Shown here: piece after piece, positions 18,726 through 27,406 of the stretch
Numbering within the stretch: position 1 is the first letter of the stretch
Layout of the letters: the number at the start of each line of letters is the position of its first letter
Source: Elusimicrobiota bacterium
GTDB taxonomy: Bacteria; Elusimicrobiota; Elusimicrobia; UBA1565; JACRDR01
NCBI GenBank assembly: GCA_041694815.1
Contig: JBGFSC010000006.1
Location: 1-64,000, forward strand
Length of the DNA stretch: 64,000 bases
Direction: 5' to 3'
Program-made: the position numbers and the translations under genes
The notes under the pieces: generated by a model
The model's database searches: none
Seen by the model: only the letters and a program-made list of their open reading frames with translations
Told to the model about the DNA's origin: nothing

Positions 18726-20156
18726 CTAACTTTCGATATGCGGCTTCGATTCCGACCACCCGGCCGGGGTGATGCGGACGAACTTGACCTTCTTCCACAG
18801 CGTGGGCAGGTCCTTGGCGCCCGAGTAGCTCATGCCCGAGCGCAGGCCCCCGGCGAGTTGGTGGATCACCTCCACCGCGTGGCCGCGGTAGGGGACCAGG
18901 GCCTCCACCCCTTCCGGCACCACTTCTAGAATTTCCTCGCGTTCGAGCTCCGCGTTCCCGCGCTCTTTTTGCTTCTTGGAAATCGTCGCCGCCAGGGAGG
19001 CCATCCCTCGGTAAGCCTTGTACTTCATGCCCTTGCGCACCACGGTCCAGCCGGGGCTCTCCTCCGTGCCCGCCAATAGGCTTCCGATCATGACGCAGGA
19101 CGCCCCGCCGGCCAAGGCCTTGGTGATGTCGCCCGAGTCGCGGATGCCGCCATCGGCGGTGATCGGCACGCCCTTGCTCTTGGTGATGCGGGCGCAATCC
19201 ATGATCGCCGAGAGCTGGGGAACCCCGGAGCCCGTGACGATGCGCGTCGAGCAGGTGGCCCCGGGGCCCACGCCCACCTTGACGCCGTCGGCGCCGGCCG
19301 CGGCCAGGTCCCGCGCTCCCTCGAAGGTCGCCACGTTGCCGGCCACGATCTCGATCTCCGGCCAGCGCGATTTGATCTTCTCGACCGCGAGGGTGACGTG
19401 GTCGGCATGCCCGTGCGCCACGTCGACGACCAGCACGTCGGCGCCGGCCTCCCGCAGCGCGGCGCTTCGGTCGATGTAGTCGCCCACGACGCCGACCGCG
19501 GCGCCGACCAAAAGGCGTCCCTTCTTGTCGAGCGAGGCGTAGGGGTAGCGCCGTTTTTTGAGCAGGTCCTTGGCCGTAATGAGCCCCTTGAGCGTCCCGG
19601 TCGCGTCCACCAAGGGTAGCTTTTCCACCTTGTGCTCGTTGAGTATTTTCTCGGCCTCGGAGAGGCTGACTCCAGGCTTGGCGGTGACTAGCTTTCGAGT
19701 CATGACCGAGCCGATCGGCTTGGGGTCGGCACTTTTGGGCTGGAACTGCAGGTCGCGCTGGGTCACGATGCCGACCAGGCGCCTCTGGCCGTCTACGACC
19801 AGCAGGCCACCCACTTGCCAACGGCGCATGAGCTCGCGCGCGCCCGAGACGGTATCGTTCGGCGAGAGGGTGTAGGGCGATTCGATGACGATGCTCTCGG
19901 CGCGCTTGACCTTGGCGACCTCGGCCACCTCCTCCTCGATCGTCAAGAAGCGGTGGATAACCCCCAGGCCGCCATGCTGCGCCATGGCGATGGCCATCTC
20001 TGCCTCGGTCACCGTGTCCATGTTGGCCGAGACGATGGGACACTTGAGCGCGATGCGCCGCGAGAAGCGGCCCGTCGTGTCGACATGCTTGCGCGAGACG
20101 ATGGAGGACCTTTGCGGGACCAGCAGCACGTCGCTGAAGGTATAGGCTTCCTTCAT
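18726..20156 (-). CDS. guaB: IMP dehydrogenase
   Basis: [12 protein letters not shown] pair, [34 protein letters not shown]. Confidence 0.97.
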   Translation of the reverse strand: MKEAYTFSDVLLVPQRSSIVSRKHVDTTGRFSRRIALKCPIVSANMDTVTEAEMAIAMAQHGGLGVIHRFLTIEEEVAEVAKVKRAESIVIESPYTLSPNDTVSGARELMRRWQVGGLLVVDGQRRLVGIVTQRDLQFQPKSADPKPIGSVMTRKLVTAKPGVSLSEAEKILNEHKVEKLPLVDATGTLKGLITAKDLLKKRRYPYASLDKKGRLLVGAAVGVVGDYIDRSAALREAGADVLVVDVAHGHADHVTLAVEKIKSRWPEIEIVAGNVATFEGARDLAAAGADGVKVGVGPGATCSTRIVTGSGVPQLSAIMDCARITKSKGVPITADGGIRDSGDITKALAGGASCVMIGSLLAGTEESPGWTVVRKGMKYKAYRGMASLAATISKKQKERGNAELEREEILEVVPEGVEALVPYRGHAVEVIHQLAGGLRSGMSYSGAKDLPTLWKKVKFVRITPAGWSESKPHIES

Positions 20157-20177
20157 GAGCGCGAATTATACCATGTT

Positions 20178-20257
20178 GGTGCCAGGTATCCACTTTCTAC
20201 ACTTTCTCAACTTTCCTGGGAATTTCAACAAAGTGAAGAAAGTGGATGCCTGGCACC
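20178..20257. repeat. Family A palindromic element
   Basis: ggtgccaggtatccactttc ... gaaagtggatgcctggcacc. Confidence 0.9.
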
Positions 20258-20270
20258 GCCAGCAAGAACG

Positions 20271-20309
20271 TAGGCCCTTGGGCCCTATTATTTTTGCACG
20301 CAAGGCCCA
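20271..20309. promoter_or_regulatory. Palindromic box plus a half box 23 bp downstream, upstream of the FtsH-like gene
   Basis: taggcc-cttg-ggccct (20271), ttgcac-gcaa-ggccca (20294); TGcTAAAAT at about 20330. Confidence 0.7.
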
Positions 20310-20393
20310 TGTCGATTTTGGGCGAGCGTTGCTAAAATCCACAACGTTGTTTTCGTACCTTGCGCGCAAGCCAAGGCAACTCGGGAGGTGGAA

Positions 20394-22460
20394 ATGCTTC
20401 TGTCACAGACTCGGCGGTTTTGGCTGGCCGCGCTCGCCGCGGCCCTCCTCGGAACGTCCGCGCATGCGGTAGGGCGTTCCGACATCGAAATGCTGCTGCG
20501 GCGCCGTGACGCCGCGACCGCAAGGAATCTCACCCTTCTCGTCCGTGACCGTGGGCAGAATTTCCTTGCCAAGATCACGGCCGGCAGGCCGGATTCCGAC
20601 AAGGCCGTGCACGCCTGGGCCTTCGCGCATCCCGAGACCGCGGCCGATCTTTACTCCCTCCTGATTCAACGCGGCCGTGCCGGAGCCGAGGCGTTCGCGC
20701 GTCCGGAGTCCACTTATAAGGGAATCGAAGGCCACGCGCAGATGGTGGCCGACGACAAGAAGGCGTCGGCCGAGCAGGCCAACGGCAACGCGGGCAAGCC
20801 GTTCGACGGCTCAAGCAAGAAGGACGGATCGCTTCCCGTCAATACGGGCCCGGTCGCGAAGCCCAACGGCCAGCCGTCCGCCCAGAAGAAACCGGACAAT
20901 CTCCTCGAGCGCTTGAGGAAGTGGATGGATGATGAGCGCGACGGCGTCCCCGGCTCGAGCGGCAAGCGCGAGAGCGGCAAGGTCACCTTCAAGGATGTCA
21001 TCGGCCTCAAGGAAGCCAAGGCGCAGATCATACAGTTCGTCGACATACTCAAGAATCCCGAGAAGTACGCGCGCCTGGGCGCGGAGGTGCCGCGTGGCAT
21101 CCTGATGGTGGGGCCTCCCGGCAACGGCAAGACCCTTCTGGGCAAGGCTCTCGCCAACGAGGCGGGCTTCTCCTGCTTCATCGCGAAAGCGGGTCCTGAG
21201 TTCTCCAGTAAATGGGTCGGCGAGAGCGCGGCCGAGATCCGCCGCACCTTCGAGCAGGCCCGTGCGCAGGAGCCCTGCATCATCTTCATCGACGAATTGG
21301 ACGGCTTGGCGGCGGCCCGCACCGGCATCGACCAGTCCGTGGCCCGCGAATACAACTCCACCGTCGAGCAGCTGCTCGTCGAGATGGACGGCTTGACCGA
21401 GCACAGCAAGAACGGCAAGGTGCCGAAGGTCTTCGTCATCGGCGCCACGAACCGGCCGGACCTTCTCGACCCTGCGGTCATGCGCCCCGGGCGCCTGGAC
21501 CTGCATGTCGTGATCACCTCGCCCGACATCAAGGATCGCGAGGAGATGATCAAGTACTACGTCAAGAAGAAGAAAGTCCCGGCCAACGCCGACGTGGACT
21601 TCAAGATCCTGGCTGGCCGCACCACCGGCATGTCCGGAGCCGCGATCAAGGACTTCGTCAACAAGGCCGCCTTGGTGGCCGCGGAGGAGAACGCCCAGGA
21701 TGTCACGCTCAAGCATTTTCTCAAGGCCCTCGACCGGCTGCAAATCGGCGGCGAGCGGCGCATGGTGCTTAGCGACGCCGAGAAGATCATTACCGCGCGC
21801 CATGAGCTGGGCCACGCCCTGGTCGCCACCTATACGAAGGGCGGCGATCCCGTAGGCAAGATCACGATCATCCCGCGCGACATCGGCGCGCTCGGCGTGA
21901 CGACCTCCGAGCCGCCGGAAGACCGGAAGAATTGGAGCAAGACCCAGCTCCTCAACCAGATCGCCATGGCCATGGGAGGGCGCGTCGCTGAGAAGATTTT
22001 CTACAACGACGAGACCACCGGCGCCGCGAGCGACCTGGAGAATTCCCAGAACCTCGCCTGGCAGATGGTCGTGCGCTTCGGCATGAGCGAAAAGCTGGGG
22101 CCGGTTTCCTTCGTCAAGACCGCCCAGGGCAATTATCTCTCCGGCGGAGCCTCGATGCAGCCTGTTAGCGAAGAAATTCAAAAGCTCATCGACTCCGAGG
22201 TCAAGCGCTTCCTGCTCGAGGCCGAGCAGCGGGCCATGGCCATCCTTACCGCCAAGAAGGATGTCTTGGACAAGGTGGTGCCATACCTGATCAAACAGGA
22301 AACCATGGAGGGTTCGGACCTGCGCAAGCTGCTCAAGGAGTTAGACACGAACCCGGGAGAGTATCCCGTGCAGGACCCCCCGCCGCAACAGCCGGGCTCG
22401 GATAAGCCCTTCGCGACCACCCCGACCAATCTAGGGTGCTCGGCAGGCAGGCTGTATTAA
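20394..22460 (+). CDS. ftsH: FtsH-like AAA+ zinc protease with a cleavable signal peptide and no TM anchor
   Basis: GPPGNGKT, IIFIDELD, ATNRPDLLDPAVMRPGRLD, HELGH, GGRVAE, TTGAASDL. Leader MLLSQTRRFWLAALAAALLGTSAHA; SD ggagg. Confidence 0.9.
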   Translation: MLLSQTRRFWLAALAAALLGTSAHAVGRSDIEMLLRRRDAATARNLTLLVRDRGQNFLAKITAGRPDSDKAVHAWAFAHPETAADLYSLLIQRGRAGAEAFARPESTYKGIEGHAQMVADDKKASAEQANGNAGKPFDGSSKKDGSLPVNTGPVAKPNGQPSAQKKPDNLLERLRKWMDDERDGVPGSSGKRESGKVTFKDVIGLKEAKAQIIQFVDILKNPEKYARLGAEVPRGILMVGPPGNGKTLLGKALANEAGFSCFIAKAGPEFSSKWVGESAAEIRRTFEQARAQEPCIIFIDELDGLAAARTGIDQSVAREYNSTVEQLLVEMDGLTEHSKNGKVPKVFVIGATNRPDLLDPAVMRPGRLDLHVVITSPDIKDREEMIKYYVKKKKVPANADVDFKILAGRTTGMSGAAIKDFVNKAALVAAEENAQDVTLKHFLKALDRLQIGGERRMVLSDAEKIITARHELGHALVATYTKGGDPVGKITIIPRDIGALGVTTSEPPEDRKNWSKTQLLNQIAMAMGGRVAEKIFYNDETTGAASDLENSQNLAWQMVVRFGMSEKLGPVSFVKTAQGNYLSGGASMQPVSEEIQKLIDSEVKRFLLEAEQRAMAILTAKKDVLDKVVPYLIKQETMEGSDLRKLLKELDTNPGEYPVQDPPPQQPGSDKPFATTPTNLGCSAGRLY

Positions 22461-22482
22461 AGAGTAGAACTCCTCGCGGCTG

Positions 22483-23826
22483 ATGGATCAGCCCGCCGGG
22501 GCTTCAGACGACGCGCTCGGGGCTAAAAGCTCCGAGCGCGTCGTCGCTTTTCTGCTGTTTCTCTGGCTTTTTTCCATCATCTGTTCGTATTACATCCTGC
22601 GCCCCGTCCGCAGCGCGCTGATCCTCTCGGAGTTCGGGCCCAAGGCTCTCCCCTGGGCGTACATGGGCACGGCGCTGTTTACCGGCATCGCGGTCTGGAT
22701 TTACACCCAGTTCACGTACCTGCCGCGTAAGACGCTGCTTACCCGCGTGATCCTGTTTTTTATCTCCAATTTCGCCGTGTTGTGGTGGATCGTCAGCAGG
22801 CGCATCCCTTGGTCGGCCGGCATTTTTTACGTCTGGACGGACATTTTCTCCATCATGGCCGTGACGGTTTTTTGGATGTACGTAAACGACGTCTTTCCCT
22901 CGAAGTCCGCCAAGCGGAGCTTCGGCATCATCGGTTCGGCAGGCCCGGCCGGCGCCATCGCCGGCGCCGCCTTGATCAAAATTTTCGTCCGCCGTGTGGG
23001 CGTGGAGCAGATGCTGCTGGTCGCTGGCGGATTCTTCGGCTTAGGGCTGTTGATTTTTTGGGCGCTCGAGTTCCTCACCGGTGGACGATCGGCTGAGCGC
23101 AAGAAGGCGATAGAGAAATTCGAGCAATACAATTTTTCCGAGTTTTCCAGCTTGATGCGTTCCGTGGCGCGATCAAGGGTGCTGACCCTGTTGACGGTCG
23201 CCGTGTGCTTCGAGCGTTTCGCGCCGGATTTCGTTGATTACGTGTTTTCGGCGGCCCTGCATCATGCCTATCCGGACAAGCTCGGCTACGCGGCCGTCTT
23301 CGCCACCTTCGAGTTCTGGCGCAACGTGCTCGTGTTCATCGCCACGCTGTCGCTCACCTCGACCATCCTGCGCACGCTCGGAGTGCACGTGGCCATTACC
23401 GCCGTGCCGATGACCATCCTCATCGGTGGCGCGGCCTACGCGCTGTTCCCGTTCCTGGGGGTGGCCATCGCCTTGAAGGGCTTGGAGGAGGGCCAGCGGC
23501 ATGCGTGGTTTAAGGCGGGCAAGGAAGTGATCTATACGGCCACGCATTCCGACGTCATCTACAAGGTCAAGGGCTATCTCGAGATGTTCCTCTACCGTTT
23601 TTCGCGGGGTCTGGCTGGCCTCATCATCTTGTTCTTGACCAGCGGTCTGGGTCTGGGCGCCGTCGGCGTGGCCTGGGCCGTGGTCCCGCTGGCCGCGCTG
23701 TGGGCGGTCGTGACCTGGAAGCTGGGCAAGGCGTACGAAACCAGCGAGGCCGGAGCGGCCGATAAAGAGGAGCCCGCTCTCCCCTTGGGCAAAGAGGCGT
23801 CAATATCTCAAGGTGCCAGGGATTGA
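22483..23826 (+). CDS. NTT/TLC-family (ATP/ADP translocase-like) MFS-fold transporter
   Basis: About 12 TM; YYILRPVRSAL, FYVWTDIF, FW..VNDVF...AKR.FG.IG..G..G, KEVIY......YKVKGYLEMFLYR match NTT-family signature spacing. Confidence 0.78.
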   Translation: MDQPAGASDDALGAKSSERVVAFLLFLWLFSIICSYYILRPVRSALILSEFGPKALPWAYMGTALFTGIAVWIYTQFTYLPRKTLLTRVILFFISNFAVLWWIVSRRIPWSAGIFYVWTDIFSIMAVTVFWMYVNDVFPSKSAKRSFGIIGSAGPAGAIAGAALIKIFVRRVGVEQMLLVAGGFFGLGLLIFWALEFLTGGRSAERKKAIEKFEQYNFSEFSSLMRSVARSRVLTLLTVAVCFERFAPDFVDYVFSAALHHAYPDKLGYAAVFATFEFWRNVLVFIATLSLTSTILRTLGVHVAITAVPMTILIGGAAYALFPFLGVAIALKGLEEGQRHAWFKAGKEVIYTATHSDVIYKVKGYLEMFLYRFSRGLAGLIILFLTSGLGLGAVGVAWAVVPLAALWAVVTWKLGKAYETSEAGAADKEEPALPLGKEASISQGARD

Positions 23827-23859
23827 CTTTCGCCTAGGCGAAAGTCAATCCCTGGCACC
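23812..23859. repeat. Perfect 48-bp palindrome, family B
   Basis: ggtgccagggattgactttcgcct|aggcgaaagtcaatccctggcacc; contains the TGA stop of the NTT gene. Confidence 0.95.
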
Positions 23860-23875
23860 GTTGCTACTCAGTATG

Positions 23876-23914
23876 CTGGCGACGACCCCAGGCAATGCCT
23901 CGGGTCGTCGCCAG
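23876..23914. repeat. Hairpin repeat between convergent genes
   Basis: ctggcgacgaccc-c-aggc-aat-gcct-c-gggtcgtcgccag. Confidence 0.75.
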
Positions 23915-23920
23915 ACTTGG

Positions 23921-24331
23921 CTAGTGGCGCTTGCGGACGTCGGCTTCGCGCAGCCTGCGCTCGGCCTCCTTGATCGCCAGCCAATTGCGCTTCACCTCGG
24001 CCGTGCTCTTCGCCCGCCGGCCGCCGAAGACATGCGGGTGGCGGCGCTTGAGTTTAAGGGCTTGGCTCCTGGCGACGTCCTCGATGTCGAAGCGCCCCTT
24101 TTCGCTTTCGATCTGCGCGTGCAGTAGGACCTGCAGAAGCACGTCTCCCAGCTCGTCCTCGATCTCATGCCATCGTCCCCGCTCGAGGGCCCGCTCGAGC
24201 TCCTTGGCCTCCTCGCGCAGGTAAGGGATCAGCGAGCGATGCGTCTGCCGCCTGTCCCAGGGGCAGCCGTTCGGCGCCCGCAACCGTGCGATGAGGGCCT
24301 TCAGGCGCTCAAATTGGCTTGGGCGAGGCAT
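23921..24331 (-). CDS. mazG: MazG nucleotide pyrophosphohydrolase (single domain)
   Basis: RLRAPNGCPWDRRQTHRSL, EDELGDVLLQV, KLKRRHPHVF. Confidence 0.92.
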   Translation of the reverse strand: MPRPSQFERLKALIARLRAPNGCPWDRRQTHRSLIPYLREEAKELERALERGRWHEIEDELGDVLLQVLLHAQIESEKGRFDIEDVARSQALKLKRRHPHVFGGRRAKSTAEVKRNWLAIKEAERRLREADVRKRH

Positions 24332-24382
24332 GAGGGGGCAGTATAGGAAATTTTCCCCGGCCGATAAGATATACTTTCCGGC

Positions 24383-27300
24383 ATGGCGCCACGCCTGTTC
24401 TGCGGCGCGTTCCAGCCGGCTCTCGAGGACGCCTTCTGCGAGCGCTTGGAGAGCCTTAGGCCCGGCCCGGGGCGTCGGGTCATGGTCGTAGCGCCTTCCC
24501 GCCGAATGGCCGAGAGGCTCGAGCGGCTCATCGCCTTCGAGCGAGGGCTCGGTTTCCTGGAACTGCGCGTGCACACCTTCTACAGCCTGGCCCTGGAGAT
24601 TTTGACCTCCTGCGGGCCCGAGCCCTGGATCCTCGCGGCGGACGCCCAAATCCAGGAGCTTCTGGTGCGGGGCTTGCTTACGAGTTCGCGGAGCTTGTCC
24701 CGCGGCCTCGCCGGCGCCTATAGCTCCAGCCTCAAGGACTTAGCCGACGCTGGTGTCGACCCCGAGTCTTTGAGACTGCATTTCGCGGAATGGTTCGAGG
24801 AGCCCCAGCGCTCGCTTCTTAACTCCCTGCTGGAGTTGCTGCAGGCCTATGAGCGGCGCCGGCGCGAGACCGGCCTGGCCTCCTCCTTCGATCTCGTGCA
24901 GCGCGCGACGAGGGTCGTCGAGGAAGGCCGCGAGAACCTGCTGGGTGGCTACCAAGAGATACTTTATTACGGCTTCTACGACTTAACCGGAGCCCAGGCC
25001 GATTTTTTCAACGCGGTCGCCGGCGCCTACCCGTGTTCGGTGTTCTTCCCGTATGTTAAAGGATACCCGGCCTTCAAATTCGTCGAACGCTTCTACGAAC
25101 TGCGCCTTTCGAGAGGCTCCGGGGCGCGGCACCTGCCTCCGGACTGGGGCGGCCGGGCCTTGGGCGAAGGGTTGGGCTGCCTGTTCAATCCCGGCCGGCA
25201 AGCGAGCCTTCCCGAGGGGAGGCTGCGGCTGATCAACGTCTCGGGCTCCAGAGACGAAGTGTGGGCCACCGCCAAGGGAATATTGGCCGCTAGGGAAGAG
25301 GACCCTTCTCTGAGCTTCGACGAGATAGGCGTGGTAGCCAGGTCCCTGGAGCCCTATCGCGCGCTCTTGGCGGAGGTCTTCGAAGAAAACGAAATTCCCT
25401 TCTCCATGGAGGAGGGCGAGCCGTTGTTGAGGCATCCCCTCGCCAAGCTGGCCCTGAACCTGCTCAACCTGGCGCGCATGGATTTTCCGGCGTCCGCGGT
25501 GCAGGACCTGTTGCGTTCGCCCTATCTTCGAGTCAAGGCCTTCGGCTCGGCCCAGCGGCAGGAAAGCGCCTGCCGCGTCATCGCCGCCCTGGGCATCCAT
25601 TCCGGATGGTCGCAATGGGAAGGAATATTCGGCGCGCAGGCCGGACGAGACCCGGACTCGAAAGCCATTTGGGAATGGCTTAGCTCCTTGCGCCAAAGCC
25701 TGCGGGTCGCATCCCCGCCCAGCTGGGCCGGAGCCTCGGCGCATTGGATGACGCTGCTCCAGGACCATTTCCACGTGCCGGTGGGCGATCCCGCCGCCGG
25801 CGTATGGGAGGCGATGCTCGCCGCCACGCAGGAGCTAGCCACCTTCGACCGCGCCGCCGCCGGCGCGGACTATCCAGAGATGCTCGAGGCCCTCGAGCGG
25901 CGTTGGCGCGGCCGCGCGATCCCAGCGCCAGACAGGCGCGGGGTGCGCGTCTTGGGCGCGATGGACGCCCGCGGTCATTCCTTCCGACGCCTGTTTCTAA
26001 TCGGGCTGCAGGAGGGCGTGTTCCCGCGCCAAGTGCGCGAGGATCCCCTGTTGCCGGACGACCTGCGGGCCAGGCTCGCGCATCCGGCGGGCTATTGGAT
26101 CCGGCCCAAGCTCGAAGGTTACGACGAGGAAAGGCTTTTGTTCGCTTTGCTCGTCTCCTCCGCTTCCGAGCGTCTCGTCTGCGTATACCAGCGCTCCGAC
26201 GATGCCGGGAGGGCAACGGTACCATCCTCCTACCTTCGGGAGCTCTGTAGGGCCTGCGGCGTCGACTTCTCCGGCGAGGCCAACCGCCGGGTGCCGCGCC
26301 AGCCATTGGTCAAGGTACGCGAATCGCCCCTCCTCTCGTGGTCTCCCGATGAGATGGCCTTGGCGGCCTGCGCCGCGGGCTCCGACCCCGCGCCCGCCTT
26401 GAGCGCGCTGGGGGAGGAAGCCGGCGCCCTGGCCGAGGTCCTGCGACGCAGCGCCGAGCTCAACCGCCAGGGCGGCCCTGGCCCCATGGACGGCGTCGTC
26501 GGCCCCCCGCGGCATTACCTGCGGCGCTACCGAGCGCGCGGTCGTTCCCCGAGCGAGCTCCAGGAGTACACCCGCTGCCCTTTCCGCTTCTTCATGTCCC
26601 GCGTGCTCCAGATACCGGAACCCGAAGAGGCGGCCCAGCGCGGCGCCTTGAGCGCCGAGAGGCGCGGCCGACTCTACCATGCGGCGCTCCGCCGCTTTCA
26701 TTCGCGCTTGGGCGAAAGCGGCTATTGGAGCGCGCAGGCGGCGGATTGGGTACCCGTGCTCGAGGAGGCCATCGAGGCCGAGATGGGCGCCGCGTCGTGG
26801 AAGACATTGGGCCTTTACCCGGTGCTTTGGGAGGCGATCCGGCGGACGATGACGGAGTACCTGCGCGAGTTCGTCAGCTGGGACTTGGCGGAGCTGCGTC
26901 GCAGCGGATTTAAGCCGGCGCGCTTCGAGGAGGAAGTTTCCTGCACCGTGGACGGGCTCGCCCTGCAGGGAAGGATCGACCGGCTCGACGTCGACGCCGC
27001 CGGAGGGCGTTTTCGGGTGATCGATTACAAATCCCGATCTTCCCGCCGCAGCCTGATGGAGGAAATCGCCGAGCTCCGCAAGCTGCAATTGCCTCTCTAC
27101 CTGGCCATGGCCGAGGCCTCGAGTCTCGGAGGCAAGGACGCCAAGGCCGCCGGCGGCGCGCTCTACGGCATCGAGGCCGAGGGGGATGGAGCCCGGGTCG
27201 AGTCGCTTGGCTCCACCGACTTCGAGCGCCTGCGCCGCGGGCTTTGGGAAGACCTTAAGGAGTACGATCGGCTTATCGCGAAGGGCTTCTTTCCCATCCG

Positions 27301-27406
27301 CCCCGAGGAAGGCATCGGGGGCCACTGCCAGTACTGCGCCTATTCCGGGGCCTGCCGCAAGGCCCACGCCCCCACGCGCGCGAGGGCTCAGCGGGCCGGC
27401 CTATGA
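24383..27406 (+). CDS. addB: AddB-like helicase/nuclease subunit
   Basis: Degenerate helicase N-terminus; RCPFRFF...GRIDRLD...VIDYKS...CQYCAYSGAC (4-Cys Fe-S nuclease). Confidence 0.85.
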   Translation: MAPRLFCGAFQPALEDAFCERLESLRPGPGRRVMVVAPSRRMAERLERLIAFERGLGFLELRVHTFYSLALEILTSCGPEPWILAADAQIQELLVRGLLTSSRSLSRGLAGAYSSSLKDLADAGVDPESLRLHFAEWFEEPQRSLLNSLLELLQAYERRRRETGLASSFDLVQRATRVVEEGRENLLGGYQEILYYGFYDLTGAQADFFNAVAGAYPCSVFFPYVKGYPAFKFVERFYELRLSRGSGARHLPPDWGGRALGEGLGCLFNPGRQASLPEGRLRLINVSGSRDEVWATAKGILAAREEDPSLSFDEIGVVARSLEPYRALLAEVFEENEIPFSMEEGEPLLRHPLAKLALNLLNLARMDFPASAVQDLLRSPYLRVKAFGSAQRQESACRVIAALGIHSGWSQWEGIFGAQAGRDPDSKAIWEWLSSLRQSLRVASPPSWAGASAHWMTLLQDHFHVPVGDPAAGVWEAMLAATQELATFDRAAAGADYPEMLEALERRWRGRAIPAPDRRGVRVLGAMDARGHSFRRLFLIGLQEGVFPRQVREDPLLPDDLRARLAHPAGYWIRPKLEGYDEERLLFALLVSSASERLVCVYQRSDDAGRATVPSSYLRELCRACGVDFSGEANRRVPRQPLVKVRESPLLSWSPDEMALAACAAGSDPAPALSALGEEAGALAEVLRRSAELNRQGGPGPMDGVVGPPRHYLRRYRARGRSPSELQEYTRCPFRFFMSRVLQIPEPEEAAQRGALSAERRGRLYHAALRRFHSRLGESGYWSAQAADWVPVLEEAIEAEMGAASWKTLGLYPVLWEAIRRTMTEYLREFVSWDLAELRRSGFKPARFEEEVSCTVDGLALQGRIDRLDVDAAGGRFRVIDYKSRSSRRSLMEEIAELRKLQLPLYLAMAEASSLGGKDAKAAGGALYGIEAEGDGARVESLGSTDFERLRRGLWEDLKEYDRLIAKGFFPIRPEEGIGGHCQYCAYSGACRKAHAPTRARAQRAGL

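Noticed and set aside
18625..20193. Long alternative-frame or antisense ORFs (also 20811-22181, 25997-27367, 46310-47554, 56378-57925)
   Set aside because: Expected in GC-rich DNA; low-complexity Arg/Pro/Gly or antisense-codon composition over well-supported genes
23813..24127. ORFs starting MPGIDFRLGESQSLAPLL (also 55810-56013) as a duplicated small gene
   Set aside because: The identity is simply the translation of the 48-bp palindrome
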